DNA of 7,660 nt from Octopus sinensis (taxonomy: Eukaryota). How positions within the stretch are numbered: position 1 is the first letter of the stretch; each line of letters begins with the position of its first letter. The DNA lies in assembly GCF_006345805.1 (NCBI RefSeq), contig NW_021828770.1, positions 1 through 7,660 on the forward strand. Direction: 5' to 3'. Made by a program: the position numbers and the translations under genes. Of the stretch, positions 1-6,510 are shown piece after piece. Below the pieces are notes generated by a model. The model was not told the DNA's origin. It saw only the letters and a program-made list of their open reading frames with translations, and searched no databases.

Positions 1-657
1 ACGAAGGTTTGCATGTGGATCACTAGGCCCAACGCGAAAAGGTCGAACGGGGCTAAAGAAACAGAACATTAGAAGCTTGAAAGACTGAATATTCAGAAAT
101 TCGAATTTTGAAATATTTCGTGGGGAAATATGAAAAGGGATTTTAAAACATTTTGTTTACAGTTTTAAAAGGAGAAATTATTGTACCGTATTTATTTTTT
201 ATTGTTCTATGTAAGAATTATTATTTTAGAATAAAAACGGTCTTAAATACATTTATTTCCAATTTTAAAGCTGTGTTTATTTAGAGAAACATTGTAATAT
301 ATGTACACTTTTTTTATGCTACATCATAACTATTTTAAAGAGAAATAATAGCAAAAAAAATAAAATAAATAAACCAGGGTATTTAAAACTTTTTGAGTTT
401 TAAAACGGAGATTATTTGTGAAGCACAATATAAGTAACACTTTTTATTGTGCTTCGCCATAACAACCACTTTAGATGAAAATAAATAAGACGGCCATAAA
501 AACATTTTTAGTTTCAAAGAAAGCTTTTTAAAGAATCACACAAAGTGTTCTTTTTTATTATTATTATGGTAAAAATAACAGAAGAAGTGAAATGTATTGT
601 AGAGATAAGGTATCGAAGACAAAAGCGTCAAATTAAACGGTGTAGATTTATTCAATA

Positions 658-983
658 CTAGCACTATGACCCGGCAACGTGCGCACATACACGCGAATAC
701 TGTCCAAATTTCCGACCAATCACATACAGCTAGCTTGGCATTCAATTGGCATATCAAGTTTTGGGCATTTTGATTGGGTTTTGGATAGAAAATTCACAAA
801 AAAGTCACTTCTATATTGATTTTTTAATGGCTTTGCGGGGTGACTGGGGAAATGTAAAAATTAGCACGACCACCCTTGAACGGTTTTAAATGACCATAGA
901 AAGTGCGAGTCCTCTAACTAAAAAATTGTGGATTTGTATAAAGGACACACACACAGACATTCTGCCGTTTATATAGAGAGAGA
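658..983 (-). mobile_element. Non-autonomous Helitron-like element
   Basis: On the minus strand it starts A|TCTCTCTCTATATAAACGGCAG (5' TC at 983-982) and ends ...GTTGCCGGGTCATAGTGCTAG|T (CTAG at 658-661). This is the Helitron TC...CTRR signature inserted in an AT dinucleotide with no TSD. A short CA tract (946-955) and simple repeat lie near the 5' end, as in Lep1-type elements. The subterminal hairpin appears half-deleted. No Rep/helicase ORF. Confidence 0.65.
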
Positions 984-1293
984 TTTCGTTCCTTAAATTC
1001 TGTCATTACCGAACATTTTCCTTCTGTTTTTCCCAATATCAAACGGAGGACCATGCACTTGCTTATCTCCCTTAGAAATTCAGTTTTCCGCCGCACAATA
1101 CCAATACATATAATTCGGTCTTTAAACCGTTTGGTTTAAAATTTGGTCTTTAAACCGTTTGATGAGTTTATGCTTGAATTGAAAGAAAAACAAAAATAAA
1201 TATATTCTGAATGAGTGAATTCAAAATACGAAACATTTGATGATGAATAAACTGTTTATGGTTTCGTTTGTGCTGTCGATATCGTACACCATC

Positions 1294-1481
1294 GGCGAAC
1301 TGGTAAAACCGTTAGCATGCCGGATAAAACGCTTTCTAGTATTTATTCTAGCTCTTTATCTTCTAAGATCAAATACCACCGAAGCTAACTTTACATTTCA
1401 TCTTTTCGGGAGCACGGGGGTAGATCTAATCGACTTATCCCTTCCCCCCAAAATGCTGGCCTTGTGCTAAAATTGGAAATC
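1294..1481 (+). mobile_element. tRNA-derived SINE family A, diverged, with internal deletion
   Basis: Alignable by eye to the reverse complement of 5947-6177: GGCGAACTGGTAAAACCGTTAGCATGCCGG vs GGCGAGCTGGCAGAAACGTTAGCACGCCGG, and TTTCATCTTTTCGGG vs TTTCAGCCTATCGCG. Lacks the GTCGATAAATTAAGTACCAG block. Followed by a CAT/ATT simple-repeat tail. Confidence 0.75.
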
Positions 1482-1533
1482 ACCATCATCATTATTATTA
1501 TTATTTAATAACAACAACAACAATTACAATAAT
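1479..1533. repeat. Compound CAT/ATT/AAC/AAT microsatellite (SINE tail)
   Basis: Directly visible: catcatc attattattattatt taataacaacaacaacaattacaataat. Confidence 0.85.
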
Positions 1534-2066
1534 ATAGCAGACAGTGGCTCTCATGGCTTCTGATCTTAACTGGTTGGTAATGTTATCATGTACATTGTTT
1601 TGTCTTGGTATAAAAGATGGGCTACAGCAAATATTCTGCTCAATACCACAGATTTGCTTGTCAGTTGTTTGACCTTAACCAGTTGAGCATGTCCCTTAGT
1701 GGCTGACGATATATGCATGTCTGATTACGAGCAGAACTAGTGGAGGAGCATCATAGCTATGCGTTGAGAGGAATTCTTTGGGGTTTGAATAATTCACCTT
1801 TGGAAACATGGGTGTTTCGTTCAACATCCTTAAACAATCCTTATTCAGGGACCTTTTGAGTGGGATGGGCTACTCGACCAGAAGAAAATTCTAACTGGGC
1901 CCCATCTGCAAGGTCATGCGCTGTCTTGATATGGGATCACCATGTCGTGCACACATGGTTGTGATGCATGTGCCTAGCGTACTCTTATCAGACGGGTATT
2001 CATGAGTGGTATACTGGGCTTCGTATATTTTACCCCAGTGTCACTTTGATGGCATGCACTGCTCTC
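1534..2066 (+). mobile_element. Probable 3' fragment of a non-LTR retroelement ending in an (AAT)n tail; family unresolved
   Basis: Complex, less AT-rich, non-coding block between two AAT-type arrays, ending ...GGCATGCACTGCTCTC-(AAT)20. I recall this as a recurrent octopus repeat (unverified). Orientation is inferred from the tail only. Confidence 0.5.

Positions 2067-2126
<60 letters not shown>
2067..2126. repeat. Perfect (AAT)20 microsatellite
   Basis: 60 bp uninterrupted AAT, counted from the sequence. Confidence 0.99.
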
Positions 2127-2252
2127 CCTTTCTATTAAATGTACAAGGCCTGAAATTTTGTGGGGATGGAACTAGTCGACCCCAGTGTTTCACTGGTACT
2201 TAATTTATCGATCCCGAAAGAATGAAAGGCAAAGTCGACCTCGGCGGAATTT
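2124..2252 (-). mobile_element. SINE family A body and tail, tRNA head missing
   Basis: ACTGGTACTTAATTTATCGA...GAAAGGCAAAGTCGACCTCGGCGGAATTT (2193-2252) nearly matches 6039-6099 in the same orientation. It stops in the B box. Confidence 0.8.
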
Positions 2253-2398
2253 CGTCCGTTCTGAGTTCAAATTCCACCGTGGTTGACTTTGTCGTTCAAC
2301 CTTTCGGGTTCTGCTGAACACTGGAGGTCGCTGCAATCCATTCATTCCTTTCTCTTCCTCCAAAATTTCACGCCTTGTGCCAACAGTAGAAAAGAATA
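2253..2398 (+). mobile_element. SINE family A copy, 5' truncated, more diverged
   Basis: GTTCTGAGTTCAAATTCCACCG (2258-2279) matches the minus-strand reading of 6089-6110. The 3' end CCAAAATTTCACGCCTTGTGCCAACAGTAGAAAAGAAT mirrors 2124-2165. A (TTG)5 tract follows at 2408-2422. Confidence 0.75.
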
Positions 2399-2450
2399 GT
2401 AGTGCTATTGTTGTTGTTGTTGTATTAGTGACTTGGCGAGCTTGCGACGT

Positions 2451-2510
2451 AAGATGAAATGTTTTGCTCAGGGGTACAACGTTTCAGAAATTGAATCTAC
2501 GGTCCCATGA
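2451..2510 (-). mobile_element. Highly degenerate fragment of tRNA-SINE family C
   Basis: ATGAAATGTTTTGCTCAGGGGTACAACG resembles the reverse complement of a CORE-like segment (...TTGAGCAARRCACTT...) recalled for octopus SINEs. The within-window match to 6583-6618 is weak (shared CATGAGT). Confidence 0.35.
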
Positions 2511-2669
2511 GTATTCCGAATTGGCTTAGCACGAAGAGTTGAGAGACTTCAAATCCGATTCTGCGTCACATAATAATAAATCTCTTACAACACAGATATG
2601 TGAAACACAATCACCAACCAACAAAACAAAACAAAACTCCCGTTACGTAGAGTTTATACAACACACTCG

Positions 2670-2683
2670 TCAGCAGATGGCGT
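2670..2683 (+). promoter_or_regulatory. CTCF-like motif / CAGATG E-box
   Basis: TCAGCAGATGGCGT matches 12 of 14 positions of the CTCF core CCASYAGRKGGCRC. Motif match only. Confidence 0.25.
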
Positions 2684-2750
2684 TGCGTCTGTCTGTTTGC
2701 GCTTGGGTGTAGCTGGAACAGTGTCTTAAATTCAAGTCGTTGCTGTTGCT

Positions 2751-3090
2751 GATGACAATGATGATGATGATGACGATGACGATGATGATGATGATGATGA
2801 TGGTGATGATGACGACGACGACGATGATGATGATGATGATGATGATGATGATAAAGAGGAGAGAAAGAAGAGAAGGCGGTCGTCGACGATGGCGACGACG
2901 GTGGTGGTGGTGGTGGGTATGGTTTTGACGGTGGTGATGGTGATGACGACGATGATGATGATGATGATGATGATGACGAAGAGGAGAGAAAAAAGAGGAG
3001 GCGGTCGTCGGCGATGGCGACGACGGTGGTGGTGGTGGTGGTGGGTATGGTTTTGGTGGTGGTGATGGTGATGGTGACGACGACGATGAC

Positions 3091-3121
<31 letters not shown>

Positions 3122-3769
3122 GCGACGACGACGAAAACGCCGAAGACGATGTTTAAGTATACGAAGATGAAGATAGTAGTGAACTAAACATGACGATGCT
3201 GATGCTACTGCTGATGATGAGAGTGAAGGGGGGGTGAAGGAAGAAGAGGAGGGAGATGAGGAAGAGGAAGAGGAAGTGGAAGAGGATAATAAAGAGGAGG
3301 AGAAAGTGGAGGTGGTCGTCGACGACGGCGATCACAATGATGGTGGGTGTGGTGGTGATGATGAGGAGGAGGAGGGGAGGAGGAGGAAGAGGAGGAGGAC
3401 GAGGAGATTACGATGACAATCATGATGACAAACATGAGCATGGACGTAAACATAACGACAACGATGATGATGATGATGATGATGATAATGATGAAGCGAT
3501 GGGGAAGGAACAGGAAGAAGAGAGGGTGGAGGGGAGTGGAAGATGGTGACCATCACGTCGATGATGTTGGTGGTGGTGGTGCTGCTGGTGGTTGCGATAC
3601 TGACGGGTTTTTTTTTTGCGATAATAACGAGGGTGACGATGATGATGATAATGATGATTATGATGATGATGATGATGATGACGACGCCGACGACGCCGAC
3701 AATGATAATGACGACGACGTCGGCGATGGCGATGGTGACGACGACAACGGTGATGGTGATGATGATGAC

Positions 3770-3800
<31 letters not shown>

Positions 3801-3808
3801 GATGATGG
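2751..3808. repeat. Compound trinucleotide field (GAT, GAC, GGT, GAG/GAA)
   Basis: Directly visible long GAT runs interspersed with GAC, GGT and GAG/GAA purine tracts. Confidence 0.97.
2854..3120. repeat. Higher-order tandem duplication, period 125 bp
   Basis: AAGAGGAGAGAAA..AGA..AGGCGGTCGTCG.CGATGGCGACGACGGTGGTGG...GGGTATGGTTTTG starts at both 2854 and 2979. GGCGGT occurs at 2875 and 3000. Confidence 0.9.
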
Positions 3809-4083
3809 TGTTGATTGATTTGTTAATTACAGCGTAGCCGTTAAGTTTCAGACGAACACGTGATAATAGAAAAGACAAAAACAAAAAACGAAAACAAAAA
3901 ACAAGAACAAACAAGATGGCAGTGGAGGAGCGGGGAGGGGGTCTAGATTTTTTAATTACAGAGTGTTTAGTGGTGGGGGTGGGGGCTGGAGAAAATTTCT
4001 GAGTCATCCGGGTAGAGTGTATATCTGTTAAGGGTGGACAACCACTCATTGTCCTTGTACTGACTGATTAAGGGGTGGAGTAG

Positions 4084-4720
4084 ATGGTTGGTGTAGATGT
4101 GGTGGTGGTGGCGATTGCGTTGGTGTTATGGTTAATGGTGGTGGTTGTAGTAGTATTGGTGTTGTTGGTGGTAGTGATGGTATTAATGATGGAGGTGGTG
4201 GTGTTGGTGTTTGATGGTGGTGATGTTATTGGTAGTGCTGGTGGTGGTGGTAGTGTTGGCGGTGGTGGCGGTGATGATGGTAGTGGTATTGGTAATGGTA
4301 TTGGTAGTGGTGGTGGTGGTGGTGGTAGTGTTGGTGGTGGTGGTGGTGTGGCGGTGGGTGATGGTGGTGGTGGTAATGGTAGTGGTATTGGCAGGGGTAT
4401 TGGTAGTGGTGGTAGTGTTGGCGGTGGTGTGGGTGGCGGTGATTTATGGCATGGTATTGTATGGTGGTGGTGGTGGTAGTTGTGTGATGGTGGTGGTGGT
4501 GTGGCGGTGGTGGCGGTGGTGGTGGTAATGGTAGTGGTATTGGCAGGGGTATTGGTAGTGGTGGTAGTGTTGGCGGTGGTGGCGGTGATTATGGTAGTGG
4601 TATTGGTAGTGGTGGTGGTGGTTGTGGCGGTAGTGGTGATGGTAGTGTGGTGGTGGTGGTGGTGGTGGTGTGGTGGTGATGGTGGCGATGGTAATGGTGG
4701 CGGTGATTGCTAATGGTGCT
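4084..4720. repeat. Degenerate (GGT)n field with internal higher-order repeats
   Basis: GGT/GGC/AGT/ATT triplets throughout. An exact 67-bp duplication lies at 4363-4429 and 4515-4581. Confidence 0.95.
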
Positions 4721-4813
4721 TGTGGAGGTCGTGCTGGATGTGTTGATAGTAGTTAAAAGTGGAAGTATTAATGGTAGCTGCAGTGGTGATGGTGGAAGTA
4801 ACTAACGTTATTT

Positions 4814-4815
<2 letters not shown>

Positions 4816-4869
<54 letters not shown>
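4816..4869. repeat. Perfect (AGT)18 microsatellite
   Basis: 54 bp uninterrupted AGT, followed by degenerate AGC/AGT to about 4900. Confidence 0.98.
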
Positions 4870-4870
<1 letters not shown>

Positions 4871-5160
4871 TTAGCAGCAGCAGTAGTAGTTGTAGTAGTA
4901 TTGGTAATGTTGGTGATGGTCGTGGCATTAGCGTCTGCGTTGATAATACACCAACAATAAGTTATATAATGAAACGGCGGTATATGACGAAACAGGTGGC
5001 GTTTAGCGTCGGCATAAATTAATCCATAAACTCTTATAAACTACCGAAACATTTATTTTATGATGCAAAGGAAGCAGGAGAAGTCTAAAGGTTTCATGTT
5101 CTTAATTGCCATTGGCAGTAATTTTTCTTTGTGTGTGTGTGGCGGGGGGTGTATTTAATT

Positions 5161-5672
5161 TTTACTCTTTTACTGGTTTCAGTCATTTGACTGCGGCCAT
5201 GCTGGAGCATCACCTTTAGTCGAGCAAATCGGCCCCTGGAATTATTCTTTGTGAGCTTAGTACATATTCTATCTGTCTCTTTTGCCGAACCGCTAAGTTA
5301 TGGGGACGTAAACACACCAGTATCGGTTGTCAAGCGATATTGGGGGTGGGGGTGGCAAACAGACACACAAACACAAACACACATATATATATAGATATAC
5401 ATATATACGACGGGCTTCTTTCAGTTTCCGTCTACCAAATCCACTTACAAGGCTCTGGTCGGCCCGAGGCCATAATAGAAGACTCTTACCCAAGGTGCCA
5501 CGCAATGGGACTGAACCCGGAACCATGTGGTTGGTAAGCAAGCTACTAATAACTAGTGGCGGTGCTAACGACCAATAACTAGTAAATACCGCTGGTCGCT
5601 CTTCCTGTTTATCTTTTGTCGTCCCTTCCTCTTCCTCTTTCTCATCATCATCACACAGCCACTCCTGCGCCT
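5161..5672 (-). mobile_element. Near full-length tRNA-derived SINE family B (octopus OR-type-like) with internal CA/TA microsatellite and a 104-bp insertion in the head
   Basis: Minus strand: head AGGCGCAGGAGTGGCTGTGTG (5672-5652, A-box-like TGGCTGTGTG); B-box-like GGTTCAGTCCC (5517-5507); CORE/MIR-like GCACCTTGGGTAAG; internal microsatellite 5357-5408; simple tail AGTAAAAGAGTAAA (5174-5161). The 3' half is homologous to 6666-6823 in the opposite orientation. Confidence 0.85.
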
Positions 5673-5832
5673 GTTGAATTTTATTAAGGAGGGCGGCCTT
5701 GAAAGAATCCTCGTAAAAGAAAAGGGACGGTAGTTAAAAGTATAAAAAAAAATAATAATAAAGCACGTTTGAGAAGCTCTATTCGAACATTTTTTCTAAT
5801 TCAACGTCTTGGATTGGATTGGAAAAATAATT

Positions 5833-5940
5833 TAATTTTTATATCGTCCCCCGAAAGAATGAAAAGCAAAAGTGAACTCGGTGGGGCTTGAACACAAAAC
5901 GAACGTACTGGAATCAGACCAAATATTGCAAAGCATTCTT
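5833..5940 (-). mobile_element. Old degenerate SINE family A fragment
   Basis: CCCGAAAGAATGAAA is identical to 2213-2227. The downstream GCAAAAGTGAACTCGGTGGGGCTTGAACACAAAACG resembles GCAAAGTCGACCTCGGCGGAATTTGAACTCAGAACG (6076-6111). Confidence 0.55.
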
Positions 5941-5946
5941 CCAACC

Positions 5947-6177
5947 TATTTCTTTTCTACCCACAAGGGGCTAAGTATAGAGGGGACAAACAAGGACTGA
6001 CAAAGGGATTAAGCCGATTACATCAACCCCAGTGCGTAACTGGTACTTAATTTATCGACCGCGATAGGCTGAAAGGCAAAGTCGACCTCGGCGGAATTTG
6101 AACTCAGAACGTAACGGCAGACGAAATACGGCTACGCATTTCGCCCGGCGTGCTAACGTTTCTGCCAGCTCGCCGCC
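5947..6177 (-). mobile_element. Full-length tRNA-derived SINE family A
   Basis: The minus strand begins GGCGGCGAGCTGGCAGAAACGTTAGC, with A-box-like TGGCAGAAACG (6167-6157) and B-box-like GTTCAAATTCC (6103-6093). Body CGACTTTGCCTTTCAGCC...GTCGATAAATTAAGTACCAG; tail ends CCTTGTGGGTAGAAAAGAAATA. Four other homologous copies occur in the window. Confidence 0.9.
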
Positions 6178-6356
6178 TTTACAATTGCATTCTTCTATCC
6201 AGTCTCTTTCAACCCCTACTATTCCTGGGAGGGCTGTAGTGGTAGAGCCCACAGGCTCCACCCCCACTGGATCAAATCTGAAACAAATATCATTACACCT
6301 TCCGGTTGAATTTCCACAAATAACCAACTCAAACCATGGATATTTTCCAACAAGTA

Positions 6357-6507
6357 CAGTTCTATATTTAAGAGATGAGGAATTATGTACATTATTTACA
6401 TTATTTACATTTGATGGATATTTGTCCTCATCTTGTTTGTTGTTAACACAACCCTCCAGCCTTCATCAGGTGCCTTGGGGAAATTTCGAAACACTACGCC
6501 GTATGCC
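6357..6507 (-). mobile_element. Penelope-like terminal-repeat fragment with disrupted hammerhead-like core
   Basis: Minus strand GGCAC-CTGATGA-AGGCTGGAGGG-TT-GTGTT (6474-6445): the CUGAUGA core is flanked by strands that can form stem I (GGCAC/GTGTT), but no GAAA is present. A 9-bp inverted repeat AGATGAGGA/TCCTCATCT (6373-6381/6425-6433) encloses a 9-bp tandem (TACATTATT)x2.7. The Penelope assignment is inferred. Confidence 0.5.
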
Positions 6508-6510
6508 TGT

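Noticed and set aside
64-119. Heat-shock element
   Set aside because: Only one correctly spaced nGAAnnTTCn dyad (86-95). Neighbouring GAA/TTC units are out of the 5-bp phase.
536-1096. Short minus-strand ORFs as Helitron-captured or Rep-coding sequence
   Set aside because: They have no HUH or helicase motifs, are 60-73 aa long and cross the element boundaries.
1237-1470. 77-aa ORF
   Set aside because: It mostly overlaps a diverged family A SINE.
2740-3818. ORFs encoding poly-Met, poly-Asp/Glu, poly-His, poly-Ser/Pro proteins
   Set aside because: They are translations of GAT/GAC/GAG repeats open in several frames on both strands. The repeat register shifts between frames and the 125-bp duplication is not a multiple of 3.
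4084-4928. Poly-Val, poly-Gly, poly-Leu and poly-Ser ORFs
   Set aside because: They are products of GGT and AGT arrays. The duplicated blocks fall in different frames and there is no splice or codon evidence.
5293-5578. ORFs of 65-83 aa
   Set aside because: They lie within SINE family B and its internal microsatellite. The same pseudo-peptide recurs in the other copy.
5548-5600. CRISPR-like repeat, or RNA pseudoknot (GCGGT/ACCGC crossing CGACCA/TGGTCG)
   Set aside because: There are only two 10-bp repeats in eukaryotic DNA with no cas genes. The 5-6 bp stems are expected by chance and the loop geometry is atypical.
5933-6200. Target-site duplication GCATTCTTCCAACC / GCATTCTTCTATCC around the full-length SINE
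   Set aside because: The match is 12/14, but the right copy starts 9 nt from the SINE end. The left copy is partly explained by the older SINE, which does not resume on the right.
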